DNA of 52,984 nt from Candidatus Yonathbacteria bacterium. Its GTDB lineage: Bacteria > Patescibacteriota > Minisyncoccia > Phycocordibacterales > JACNGX01. The translations under genes were made by a program, and so were the position numbers. The DNA is taken from the NCBI GenBank assembly GCA_013334825.1, contig JAAXWR010000002.1:100025-153008 (forward strand), in the 5' to 3' direction. This document shows, piece after piece, positions 29,018-38,518 of the stretch (its first letter is position 1; each line of letters starts with the position of its first letter). The notes under the pieces are model-generated. The model was not told the DNA's origin. It searched no databases and saw only the letters and a list, made by a program, of their open reading frames with translations.

Positions 29018-30301
29018 ATGAAGAAGGCAATGAAAAAAACAACAGCGGGAGATAGCTGGCGCGGCGGGCTTTCGCCCGCCGCGCCAGTTGACACACGAGG
29101 TAAAAGCGAAACCCCTTTGGCAGACCGTATGCGTCCACGTACACTTGATGAATTTGTTGGGCAGTCGTCGCTTGTCGGTGACGGCACGTTTCTTCGTAAG
29201 GCAATGCATACAGACTCAGTGCCGTCACTTATCTTTTGGGGACCACCAGGAAGTGGCAAGACAACGCTCGCGCATATTATTGCTAGTGAGACTGATGCGC
29301 TTTTTCTGACAATGTCGGCGGTTAACAGTGGTATTGCCGAACTTCGTGAAGTTATTGAGACTGCAGAGCATACACGGACTCAGGGTAAACGTACAATACT
29401 TTTTCTTGATGAAATTCATCGTTGGAATAAATCTCAACAAGACGCACTATTACCACATGTTGAACAGGGGATAATCACGCTCATTGGTGCTACGACAGAG
29501 AATCCAAGTTTTGAGGTTAATGCTGCGCTCTTGTCGCGCGCACGTGTGTTTGTACTTGAACGGCTTTCTGATGAAGCAATGAGTGATATCATCACGCATG
29601 CTCTCGCGGATACACAACGAGGACTCGGTATGGATGTGGTGCTTTCGGACGAAGCACGTGCTCTTATTGTGCGTTTTTCAGGAGGAGACGCACGTGTCGC
29701 GCTTGGTATGCTTGAAATTGCGGCGACTGAGACAGATCAGATTTCTGTTGAGACAATCAAAATGATTGTGCAACGCCCGAATCTTCGTTACGACAAAACA
29801 GGCGAAGAGCATTACCATATCATATCCGCGCTTCATAAATCGATGCGAGGGAGTGATGCCGATGCGTCACTCTATTGGCTTGGGCGTATGCTTGAAGCGG
29901 GAGAGGACCCTTTATATGTCGCGCGACGCCTCGTACGTTTTGCATCCGAAGATGTGGGGCTTGCCAATTCTCTTGCACTTCCACAAGCGGTCGCGGCGTA
30001 TCAGGCGTGTATGTATATTGGTATGCCAGAGTGTGAGCTTGCACTTGCTCAAGTTGTCGCGTATCTCGCGAAATGTAAAAAGTCTGTCGCACTGTATGAA
30101 GGATATAGTGCAGTAAAGCGGGATATCCAGAACTTACCTGATGATCCAGTACCACTTCATTTGCGTAATGCACCAACTGCACTGATGAAAGATCTTGGTT
30201 ATGGCAAAGACTATAAATATACACCACAATTTGACAATCCAGACGATGCTAAAAAAACATACCTTCCAGAACGGCTTCGTGGAAGAAGGTATTTACCGTA
30301 A
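29018..30301 (+). CDS. rarA: Replication-associated recombination protein A (MgsA)
   Basis: PLADRMRP, GPPGSGKT, DEIHR, GATTENPSF, ISALHKSMRGSD, ASEDVG, VPLHLRNAPT. Confidence 0.97.
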   Translation: MKKAMKKTTAGDSWRGGLSPAAPVDTRGKSETPLADRMRPRTLDEFVGQSSLVGDGTFLRKAMHTDSVPSLIFWGPPGSGKTTLAHIIASETDALFLTMSAVNSGIAELREVIETAEHTRTQGKRTILFLDEIHRWNKSQQDALLPHVEQGIITLIGATTENPSFEVNAALLSRARVFVLERLSDEAMSDIITHALADTQRGLGMDVVLSDEARALIVRFSGGDARVALGMLEIAATETDQISVETIKMIVQRPNLRYDKTGEEHYHIISALHKSMRGSDADASLYWLGRMLEAGEDPLYVARRLVRFASEDVGLANSLALPQAVAAYQACMYIGMPECELALAQVVAYLAKCKKSVALYEGYSAVKRDIQNLPDDPVPLHLRNAPTALMKDLGYGKDYKYTPQFDNPDDAKKTYLPERLRGRRYLP

Positions 30302-30390
30302 CTCTTGCCAAATGTGTATATATGTGTATAGTAGGGGAAGAAAGTTCAAAGGAAAATATTTTTTTATGTAATGGTAAGAGGAGGTGTTTT

Positions 30391-30831
30391 ATGGTAATGA
30401 CAACTAATGAGTGGCCATATCCATTTCATCGTATAGGTACAGTACAGGAAAGGACAAGAATCGAAGAAGATGCAGGTGGCGGTACCACGGTCGCGCCTTC
30501 TTCGGGTCTTGGGGACATTCTCCCCAATCATTTGAAAGATTCCCGATGTCCTTTTTTCGGGATGAAGTTTGATGGCGATGCACTGATTCTTTCAGATGAA
30601 GTGGATTGTTGTGTTGTCGCGACACTTCTAAAAGAAACTGATGGTATGTGCAGTGTTGTTGCGTGTGGTGGCGTGTGTCCATCATGGACGGGCTGTCCCA
30701 GAAGTAAGCATACAAACGCAAAGAGCATTATCAGCATGCTAAGTGAAAATCGCGTCATTTTTTCGGATGATTTTCAAATGAATTTTGCACAGTGGTATGA
30801 CCGCTGTGTGAAAAAGACAAAACCAGCGTGA
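30391..30831 (+). CDS. Hypothetical Cys-rich protein (orphan cassette)
   Basis: GAGGAGG RBS, promoter at ~30305-30332, terminator at ~30819-30844. Confidence 0.6.
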   Translation: MVMTTNEWPYPFHRIGTVQERTRIEEDAGGGTTVAPSSGLGDILPNHLKDSRCPFFGMKFDGDALILSDEVDCCVVATLLKETDGMCSVVACGGVCPSWTGCPRSKHTNAKSIISMLSENRVIFSDDFQMNFAQWYDRCVKKTKPA

Positions 30832-30893
30832 TGGCTGGTTTTTTATATGTGTAAATCAATAAACAAAAACCCGCCGGTAGGCGGGTGAGATAA

Positions 30894-31265
30894 TTAACCA
30901 TTCAGACAACGGTATGTACCGTCTTCCTGTTTTTCGAACTCAAATACCGTTCTCCGGCAAGCAGATGCCGGAGTTTTCATAGAAGGTTCTACGGAAATTC
31001 TGAAAACAGGTCGCATGCTCTTCTGAAGACGGTACGACCTTTCCGCCTCCGTCATATGGATCACAGAGATGGTTGCGTCCTTTTCTTTGAGCAAGTGAAA
31101 GAGGGTATCCGCCTCACTAAAATGACTGAGGTATTTTAACGTCCACGGATGTTCCGCAATGAATGCGGACGGGACATCAAAGACGTCAGTTCGTCTTTTA
31201 GCCGTTGCGACCAGGTCATGAATGACTTGAATCGCCGCTTCTTCGTTAGCATAATATTTTTTCAT
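30894..31265 (-). CDS. Hypothetical protein (orphan cassette)
   Basis: 123-aa ORF, TTGACA at ~31346, terminator acccgcc/ggcgggt at ~30869-30886. Confidence 0.65.
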   Translation of the reverse strand: MKKYYANEEAAIQVIHDLVATAKRRTDVFDVPSAFIAEHPWTLKYLSHFSEADTLFHLLKEKDATISVIHMTEAERSYRLQKSMRPVFRISVEPSMKTPASACRRTVFEFEKQEDGTYRCLNG

Positions 31266-31444
31266 GAAAGCTTATTTTTGTTGTTTTTTGGCGACTTGTC
31301 TTTGAGTTTCTACAAAAAGTTTATCACAAAAAATAGTATGTGTCAACTTACTGTATGATTGACAATGTTGAGGGTATGCCTTCATGATGTAATAGTTTAG
31401 AAAAATGATTCGTTTTTTTGTCTTTTTCCGTTATACTTGAACAT

Positions 31445-32059
31445 ATGGATATATTGTTTTTGAACGAAAATTTAGTGGAAGTGATTCGCGCTGTTGGCTA
31501 TGTGGGTGTCACCTTTGCAGTATTCGCCGAATCGGGACTCTTTTTCGGTTTCTTTTTACCGGGAGATAGTATGCTATTTACAGCAGGACTTCTTGCGTCA
31601 CAGGGTTTTTTTAATATTTATATACTTGCGTCTCTTACTGGAATTGCAGCGATTGTCGGGGATAGTGTGGGGTATTGGTTTGGTACGTTTGTGGGACCTG
31701 CAATTTTTGCAAAAGAAGACTCTCGTTTTTTCAAGAAGAGTGATATAGAAAAGGCGCATGCGTTTTATGACGCGCATGGACCAAAGGCAATTGTCTTGGG
31801 GCGTTTTATTCCTATTGTACGTACGTTTGTTCCGATACTCGCGGGTGTTGCCAAGATGGAATACATGACATTCCTCAGATACAATATCATTGGCGCGCTC
31901 ATTTGGGGTGTGGGGGTAACTGTTGCAGGGTATGTACTCGGTAGTGTTATCCCTGACGCGGAACGATATATATTGCCTATAGCGATCCTTATCATTGCAA
32001 CGTCGTTTATTCCCGTAGTGATGGAATATATACAAAAAAGAAAAAACATACGAATATAA
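31445..32059 (+). CDS. dedA: DedA (VTT domain) membrane protein
   Basis: FAESGLFFGFFLPGDSMLFTAG, GRFIPIVRTFVP..AG. Confidence 0.95.
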   Translation: MDILFLNENLVEVIRAVGYVGVTFAVFAESGLFFGFFLPGDSMLFTAGLLASQGFFNIYILASLTGIAAIVGDSVGYWFGTFVGPAIFAKEDSRFFKKSDIEKAHAFYDAHGPKAIVLGRFIPIVRTFVPILAGVAKMEYMTFLRYNIIGALIWGVGVTVAGYVLGSVIPDAERYILPIAILIIATSFIPVVMEYIQKRKNIRI

Positions 32060-32127
32060 GATATGAAGAAACATATAACAAAAAAGCCCGCCGAAGCCGG
32101 CTTTTGAAGAATATATTGTATATTTTT

Positions 32128-32361
32128 TTATTTCCCTTTTAACGCCTCAATCAGTTTATAGATGACGATAGGTAGCCAAATCAAAAAACTGGCCAGTCCG
32201 ATAATAAACAGCGTCGGAATGATAGGGGTGAAATGATCGTCGCCGTTGTCGAACCATCCAAGCCAAATAGAAGCGATTGCGATTGTTGCGCAGGCAAGCA
32301 TGCAGACGAGAAAGATGCTCAAGGAGATTGTTTCAATGGTGTGTAGTGTAGTTTGTTTCAT
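32128..32361 (-). CDS. Small two-TM membrane protein
   Basis: Two hydrophobic helices; TGcTATACT shortly before the ATG. Confidence 0.7.
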   Translation of the reverse strand: MKQTTLHTIETISLSIFLVCMLACATIAIASIWLGWFDNGDDHFTPIIPTLFIIGLASFLIWLPIVIYKLIEALKGK

Positions 32362-32482
32362 ATAGAGAGAGTATAGCAGAATGTGGGGGAGATGGTAGGT
32401 TTGCGGAGGTGTGATGAGATGAAGCAGTTTTGTCGGTCTCTCTGTATGGAAAAAAACAAAACCCGCCTCGAGGGCGGGTTCA

Positions 32483-32887
32483 CTAGTATCTTGAAAGGAC
32501 TTCTGGAATTTGCTTGCCATACGTGTATATTGCGATTTCCTTCGCAAGAATTTCAGGGTTCGCAGCAATGACGCCACAATAGATGAAGTCGAATTTGAAA
32601 TGATCCCATCTTAAAAGATGAAAAGAAGTGGGACATGTATGACCCCACCACACCACCTGAAACTCTTTTTCAACAGCGTGTCCACTGAAGGAGATGCCTC
32701 TGACTTTGATACGGAAATCATCATCAGCTTTCTGAAAAATGGAGATTACTTCCAGATTCAGTTTCTTGCCGGTATTTTTTTCAACCTGATTTTTTACAGT
32801 TTGAAGTTTCTCTGAAAGTCCCCCAATTATCCTTTTGAGACATTGGAGCATGGGAGATCTCAGTTCTTTATCGCTGCTTTTATTCAT
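32483..32887 (-). CDS. Hypothetical protein (orphan cassette)
   Basis: ORF with TTGACT promoter at ~32959 and terminator at ~32460-32481. Confidence 0.6.
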   Translation of the reverse strand: MNKSSDKELRSPMLQCLKRIIGGLSEKLQTVKNQVEKNTGKKLNLEVISIFQKADDDFRIKVRGISFSGHAVEKEFQVVWWGHTCPTSFHLLRWDHFKFDFIYCGVIAANPEILAKEIAIYTYGKQIPEVLSRY

Positions 32888-33013
32888 AGCAAATTTTGTT
32901 ATATTGTTTAATGAACAGGTATGATATTGCGATATTAGCATAAATACTAAAAAAGTCAAGGATGTGAGATAAAATAAAACCCCAAGGGCATGCCTTGGGG
33001 TTCAACTATAGTA

Positions 33014-33049
33014 TGCTCCAGTGGTAGGGATTATCCCGCAGTCACTAAG
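33014..33049 (-). repeat. Truncated cassette-end motif plus a degenerate copy of the tRNA-Asn 3' end
   Basis: 33014-33029 matches 34424-34439 at 14/16; 33034-33049 is identical to 33581-33596. Confidence 0.85.
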
Positions 33050-33195
33050 TAGGCGGCAGTAGGACTTGAGGTAGAGTAGTTGTTCTCTATGTCTGGAAGT
33101 TTCGAATCAAAGGCTTGCATATATAAAAAAGAACCGCCGACGCTGAGTGAGAAATTTTGACAAACGTCCTTTCTCCTTTCAGTGTGGCGGTTATT

Positions 33196-33474
33196 TCAAT
33201 TTACAAACGGGTGCGATGAGTTTATCCCATACACATAATGCCACGTGTGTGGGAATTGAAAGTACGGAAATGTATCCGCAACTTTCATTGTGATACAAAT
33301 AGACCCGTTGTCACCACTAGAGTGGTAGAAGTTGCCCTCTATACACTCTTTACCACGTCTCCACGCGCATGCGTGAGAATCGGATCCTTTTTTAAAGGTA
33401 ACCTCGTCAGGATTGACTCCTGTTACGATTGCGAAGGCTTTTTTGCCCAAATTTGCCAGATCTTGTCCATTCAT
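33196..33474 (-). CDS. Hypothetical protein (second tRNA-Asn cassette)
   Basis: 92-aa ORF; TTGACA-N17-TACGAT promoter starting at 33557; hairpin plus T-tract at ~33125-33193. Confidence 0.65.
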   Translation of the reverse strand: MNGQDLANLGKKAFAIVTGVNPDEVTFKKGSDSHACAWRRGKECIEGNFYHSSGDNGSICITMKVADTFPYFQFPHTWHYVYGINSSHPFVN

Positions 33475-33568
33475 ATGAACCCCAGTCGTTTTGATGTTTA
33501 TTTATGTGATGGAACAGTATTAAAATGTATCGTACCATTTATACCATACTTTGTCAAATATATATTAA

Positions 33569-33680
33569 CGGTAGGGCTCGTCCCGCAGTCACTAAGCGGA
33601 TTGCTCCAAGTATTCGCAATCCGCAAAGTGCTGCTCCCCGCGGCGCGGCGACAAGCATGCGCGAACAGGCCACGCATCTT
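33569..33680 (-). repeat. Full 112-bp structured cassette-end motif fused to a tRNA-Asn T-arm copy
   Basis: 88/103 ungapped identity to 43201-43303; 33569-33580 is identical to tRNA 34432-34443. Confidence 0.9.
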
Positions 33681-33761
33681 ATTGTGTAAAGAGAAAGGCG
33701 GTCATCTCACGATGCCGCCTTGTAAAATACTCTTACAAACACAAATTACAAGCTGTTTTTA

Positions 33762-34304
33762 TTAAACTGCAACAAGCCCGACTTTGGTAGATTCGTACTT
33801 GGCACGGGTGATCATGCCGTTCTGGTCGGTGACAGTTATGCAATCTCCGACTTCCATCACCACCAAAGAATCATACCAGCCGATATTCTCTTTGTCCTGG
33901 CGGACAAAGAAATCAACCGGTCCGGTCGCGTTCTCAATGGCCTTGTTGTGTCCTTCGCGGGAAATGGACATCCCGCGTTCAAACCTCCAAGCGCCTGTGC
34001 ACTTTTGGTTTGAATGTCCGGCAACTGAGTATTGTGCCTTCGTACGAATCACGACGAGTATGTTTTCACTTTCGTGATTCGGCTTTGCCAGGGCGTACCC
34101 GTCACGAATCGGAACAGGGTGTGCTTCCATAATGATGCCAACCCACGGCATCCCAGGACCCTCGATGCGTTCGGCGGGATTTTTGTGGAAGAACGGGATG
34201 TTTTTCTGATTTTTCCCCGCTCCCAAACAAAGGGCGGACACTTTTGATCCAGTACTCATTGCACCGCGGCGGACCTTCTGGTCGGAAATTTCGTAGACGT
34301 TCAT
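33762..34304 (-). CDS. Hypothetical beta-rich protein (first tRNA-Asn cassette)
   Basis: 180-aa ORF, AAGGAGG RBS, TTGACA-N18-TATAAT immediately 3' of the tRNA, terminator at ~33694-33721. Confidence 0.75.
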   Translation of the reverse strand: MNVYEISDQKVRRGAMSTGSKVSALCLGAGKNQKNIPFFHKNPAERIEGPGMPWVGIIMEAHPVPIRDGYALAKPNHESENILVVIRTKAQYSVAGHSNQKCTGAWRFERGMSISREGHNKAIENATGPVDFFVRQDKENIGWYDSLVVMEVGDCITVTDQNGMITRAKYESTKVGLVAV

Positions 34305-34425
34305 GGCTTCCTCCTTAAGGAAAATCCGACAGCTTTCGCTGGGATTGTTTTAGTGTTTGTGTATAGGTATTGTTGGGAACTTTATTGTGTATATTATACA
34401 CTAGAATAAGTCTATTTGTCAAGTG

Positions 34426-34498
34426 CTCCGGCGGTAGGGCTCGAACCTACGACCAACGAGTTAACAGCTCGCCGCTCTACCAACTGAGCTACGCCGGA
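34426..34498 (-). tRNA. tRNA-Asn(GTT)
   Basis: TCCGGCG/CGCCGGA acceptor, GCTC-AGTTGGTA-GAGC D-arm, anticodon loop CT-GTT-AA, GTAGG-TTCGAGC-CCTAC T-arm. Confidence 0.97.
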
Positions 34499-34506
34499 AT
34501 GGTACA

Positions 34507-34758
34507 TATTTGATTGTAAAACAAAACTTCTTATAAACAATTCCGTATATCTGCCAAAACAGCTACTTCGGAACAGTATATGTATTTGATTGTAAAACAA
34601 AACTTCTTATAAACAATTCCGTATATCTGCCAAAACAGTTATGCGGGAATATTGATACTACAATCTTTTGTAGTGTTTTGTGAGATTGGGACAAACCCGT
34701 ATATCTGCCAAAACAGCTACTTCGGAACAGTATATGTATTTGATTGTAAAACAAAACT
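34507..34758 (-). repeat. ~76-78-bp tandem repeat upstream of tRNA-Asn
   Basis: tatttgattgtaaaacaaaact at 34507, 34583 and 34737; ccgtatatctgccaaaacag at 34543, 34619 and 34697. Confidence 0.92.
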
Positions 34759-34956
34759 CCCTATTGGAATGATTGCTTGTCCCAAACTCTTTGTTACCTG
34801 TCAGGTAACGTTCTTTATCATACCAAACGGACGAAAAATGGCAACCTGTTTTCCCATACTGTCAAAATGTCTAAGAGTAGTATATACTATTGATGCCAGA
34901 TGTTCTCCGGCGTATTTTTTACCATTTTATTTTCCCGCCATAGGCGTTTCATATTT

Positions 34957-36444
34957 ATGAAAATGAAGAAAACTCATATTATCGGTACTATCGGTCCTGT
35001 TTCAGATTCTGTTCCTGCGCTCAAAAAATTGATTGGAGCAGGGATGAATGTTGCACGTCTCAACTTCTCGCACGGTGACTGGACGACACATGAGATGGCA
35101 TACAACAACGTGCGTCAGGCGGCAAAAGAAATGAATCGAACAGTGCCTATTATGCAAGATCTTATGGGTCCAAAGATTCGTATTGGTGATTTTGCGACTG
35201 AGTTTGTGACGCTTAAAAAAGGAGGAAAATTTACACTTGTAACGGAGAAAAAAATCGGCGATGAAACACATGCGCATATTACCTATGAAGGATTGTATAA
35301 GGATGTGAAGAAAGGTACGAAAATTCTTCTCAATGATGGAAAGATTGAATTGACAGTAAAAGAAATAAAAGGAACAGATATTGTGTGTAAGATAGATGTT
35401 GGTGGAAAAATTCGTGGACGTCGTACTGTCAATGTGCCAGGAGCATATCTCAAGATTTCTTCACTTACCGCAAAAGACAAAAAAGATTTAACACTCGGTA
35501 TGAAGCTCGGTGTCGATTTTGTCGCGTTTTCATTTGTGCGTACCGCTGATGATGTGCGTGAACTCCGTGCGCTTCTTAAAAAATATAAATCCTCAGCAAA
35601 AATTATAGTAAAACTTGAAACACCTGAAGCGGTAGAGAACATCGATGAAATTATTGAAGAGACGGATTCTGTCATGATTGCACGTGGTGACTTGGCAGTG
35701 GAAGTACCACGAGAAGATGTTCCCATGATTCAAAAACGTATTATTGAACTTTGTAATGCAGCAGGAAAGCCTGTAATTGTGGCAACGCAGATGCTCGAGA
35801 CAATGATTACTGAAGCACATCCAACACGTGCCGAGGTAAGTGATATTGCCTATGCGGTGCTTGAAGGTGCAGATGTGCTCATGCTTTCAGCAGAAACAGG
35901 TGTAGGAGAATATGCAGTGGAGGCGGTGTCTACGATGGCACGCGTTGCAAAGAAAGCAGAGAGTTATGTGGAGCCAAAGAAAATAAAACGTACGCACGCT
36001 GTCTGCCCTCCCGAAGGAGTGTGCGCGTATGATGTAGTAGATTCTGTAAGTGAATCAGCGGTTGATATTGCACGTTCGGTGCATGCAAAAGTGATTATTG
36101 CTTTGACACAATCGGGATTTACTGCACGGATGATTTCACGTTTTCGTCCCAAACAACCAATTCTTGCCGTGACGACAAATGATGCAACATATCATCAAGC
36201 TGAGTTTTCATATGGTTGTTATACGCATAAGATTAAACAATTCGGAAATATTGATGAAGTGTATGGTGAGGTAGATCATCTTGTCCTCGGTGAAAAACTC
36301 GCCAAGAAAGGGGATCGTGTAGTTATCGTTGCAGGACTTCCGTTTGGTAAGATTGGTGGGACAAATATGATCATGGTGCACGTTGTGGGAGATACAACAG
36401 ATAGAACAGGGACAAAAAAAGAGAAGGCAAAAAAGAAAAAATAA
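34957..36444 (+). CDS. pyk: Pyruvate kinase
   Basis: TIGP, ARLNFSHG, DLMGPKIR, KLETPEA, MIARGDLAVE, ATQMLETM, PTRAEVSD, MLSAET. Confidence 0.98.
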   Translation: MKMKKTHIIGTIGPVSDSVPALKKLIGAGMNVARLNFSHGDWTTHEMAYNNVRQAAKEMNRTVPIMQDLMGPKIRIGDFATEFVTLKKGGKFTLVTEKKIGDETHAHITYEGLYKDVKKGTKILLNDGKIELTVKEIKGTDIVCKIDVGGKIRGRRTVNVPGAYLKISSLTAKDKKDLTLGMKLGVDFVAFSFVRTADDVRELRALLKKYKSSAKIIVKLETPEAVENIDEIIEETDSVMIARGDLAVEVPREDVPMIQKRIIELCNAAGKPVIVATQMLETMITEAHPTRAEVSDIAYAVLEGADVLMLSAETGVGEYAVEAVSTMARVAKKAESYVEPKKIKRTHAVCPPEGVCAYDVVDSVSESAVDIARSVHAKVIIALTQSGFTARMISRFRPKQPILAVTTNDATYHQAEFSYGCYTHKIKQFGNIDEVYGEVDHLVLGEKLAKKGDRVVIVAGLPFGKIGGTNMIMVHVVGDTTDRTGTKKEKAKKKK

Positions 36445-36566
36445 AAAATGAAAAAGAAAAAACGATAAACCAGAACATACACGGCGGCCTACTGGACGCC
36501 GTGTATGTTTGTGTTGGTGATATAAAAAGATGTTTTGCAAAAATAAAAAGCGCGTATACGCGCGCT

Positions 36567-37016
36567 TTATACGTAACCGAGAATGATTGGCCGCGTCATT
36601 GTGAGGGATTCTACTCTCTCTGCAATTTTGGCCATCCCTGGGGCATGTGCATTTAGCATATCGGGAAGCATCATGTTGTTAAGGCGCTCCGCCATAGCAA
36701 CCACTGTCCACTCGGGTGGTGGGTACCACCGCAAGATACTTTTTCCAGGACTTTCTCCAAGAGAGAGAATATGTCGCCTCTGATAAAAAGTATCTGATAA
36801 TTCGATGAATGTTCCCTCGAAATACCAGGGAAGACTTTTGTCTATATAGGAATAGACAGAAATACCAGGTACCGAGAAGATATTTTTTCCTCTTAAGGTG
36901 ATTCGCAACACTTCAGGAGAGATATGGAGGCTTGTTTGTATGACAACATTACACATTTCTCTGTTCTTGCCTATAGCAAAAGCAAGATAGCCATTTTTTT
37001 CAGGATCTTTTTTCAT
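36567..37016 (-). CDS. Hypothetical protein (orphan cassette between convergent pyk and hisS)
   Basis: 149-aa ORF; TTGACA promoter at ~37085; related hairpins at 36474-36509 and 37087-37122. Confidence 0.6.
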   Translation of the reverse strand: MKKDPEKNGYLAFAIGKNREMCNVVIQTSLHISPEVLRITLRGKNIFSVPGISVYSYIDKSLPWYFEGTFIELSDTFYQRRHILSLGESPGKSILRWYPPPEWTVVAMAERLNNMMLPDMLNAHAPGMAKIAERVESLTMTRPIILGYV

Positions 37017-37137
37017 GCTTCTTTTTTTGTGTGTTTTTCAGAACTTCTGACAAAAGGTATACACCCATAGATGACTTTTGTCAAAAAAACACACGGCAGA
37101 CATATTTGCCTGCCGTGTGTTTCTTCAATACTTTATA

Positions 37138-38448
37138 TTATTTGATTCCTTTTAAATATGAAGGGAGTTCAGCGAGTTTGACCGTGTCTTGGGAACGACT
37201 CTCCATGTTGCGGACGATGACCGTGCCATCCATTGCTTCTTGTTGTCCAAAAATAATCGCATAGGGAATGCCCATCTTTTCAGCAGTACCAAGTTGCGCG
37301 CCGAGTCCATCTTTTGACAAGGATTGGGCGATGGGGACGTGTGCTTTGCGGAGCATTTCAATGACGGACAGACTTTTCAGTCTCGCTTCAAAACCAAGTT
37401 GAATAAAATATACTTTTGGTTTCTTTAAGATACGTGGTGAGGGAATCTTGACTCCTTCTGTGGTGATAAGTCGGTCAATACCAATAGCCGCACCAACCGC
37501 GGGGATAGGTTTTTTGGAACCAAGCAATTTACCAAGTCCATCATAGCGGCCACCTCCAGCAATCGTGAGTGAGGTTGCTTCCTCGCTTCCTTCAGCGGGA
37601 CACAGTGCTTTAATCTCAAATACTGTGTGTGAGTAATAATCAAGTCCACGAACCAGTGTATTGTCGATACGGTAGGTGATACCTGAGGAGTCAAGATACT
37701 CAAGCACTTCTTTGAAATGCTTTTTTGCTGGTGCAGAAAGATGATTGAGAGATTCAGGCGCTTCTTCTTTGAATTCCTGACAACGAGCATCTTTACAATC
37801 AAGAAGACGTAGGGGATTCGTCTTGAGGCGCTCTTTGCAGTGAGGACACAAACTATCTGTGTGTTTCTTGTAATAGTTCACAAGTGCGCGTGTATACGCG
37901 ACACGAGAATCGATATCACCGATACTGTTTATTTCTACACATAAATCCGCGAAACCGACTTCTTCGAGAGCGTCGACAACGGTACGAATGACGATAGCAT
38001 CGGCAATACTTTTTTCACTTCCCAGTATTTCAAAATTAAATTGACGAAATTCACGAAGACGACCTTTTTGTGGATTTTCATGACGGAAGAATTCTCCGTA
38101 ATTGTAGAGCATGACGGGCTGAGGAAGCGATTGCATGCCGTGTTCCATATACGCGCGCATAACGGCAGCTGTTCCTTCTGGACGCATGACGAGTTTGTCA
38201 CCACCTTTTGTGCGAAGTCCATACATTTCTTTTTCAACAATATCTGTATGCTCACCGACACCACGGGCAAAAACGTCTTCGTCCTCGAGGATAGGCGTCT
38301 GGATGGGAGAGAAACCGTAATACACGGCTACTTCTTGAATCTTTTCAAAGAGGCCTTGATATGCGTAAAAGTCTTCACCGATGATGTCGTGCATACCTTT
38401 CGGTGTGCGTAATTCTTTTGAGGATTTTTTTGCAGGTGTAGCTGACAT
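37138..38448 (-). CDS. hisS: Histidine--tRNA ligase
   Basis: PKGMHD, RPEGTA, FRHENPQKGRLREFRQ, LVRGLDYY, GGGRYDGL. Confidence 0.98.
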   Translation of the reverse strand: MSATPAKKSSKELRTPKGMHDIIGEDFYAYQGLFEKIQEVAVYYGFSPIQTPILEDEDVFARGVGEHTDIVEKEMYGLRTKGGDKLVMRPEGTAAVMRAYMEHGMQSLPQPVMLYNYGEFFRHENPQKGRLREFRQFNFEILGSEKSIADAIVIRTVVDALEEVGFADLCVEINSIGDIDSRVAYTRALVNYYKKHTDSLCPHCKERLKTNPLRLLDCKDARCQEFKEEAPESLNHLSAPAKKHFKEVLEYLDSSGITYRIDNTLVRGLDYYSHTVFEIKALCPAEGSEEATSLTIAGGGRYDGLGKLLGSKKPIPAVGAAIGIDRLITTEGVKIPSPRILKKPKVYFIQLGFEARLKSLSVIEMLRKAHVPIAQSLSKDGLGAQLGTAEKMGIPYAIIFGQQEAMDGTVIVRNMESRSQDTVKLAELPSYLKGIK

Positions 38449-38518
38449 AGATGTGTATCTGCGTATGATACCATGACAAATGGTAAATGGGTAATAGGGA
38501 CGACGCCGCTTAGATATA

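Noticed and set aside
34507..34758. CRISPR array
   Set aside because: The intervals between repeats are themselves repeated rather than unique spacers, and no cas genes are in the window.
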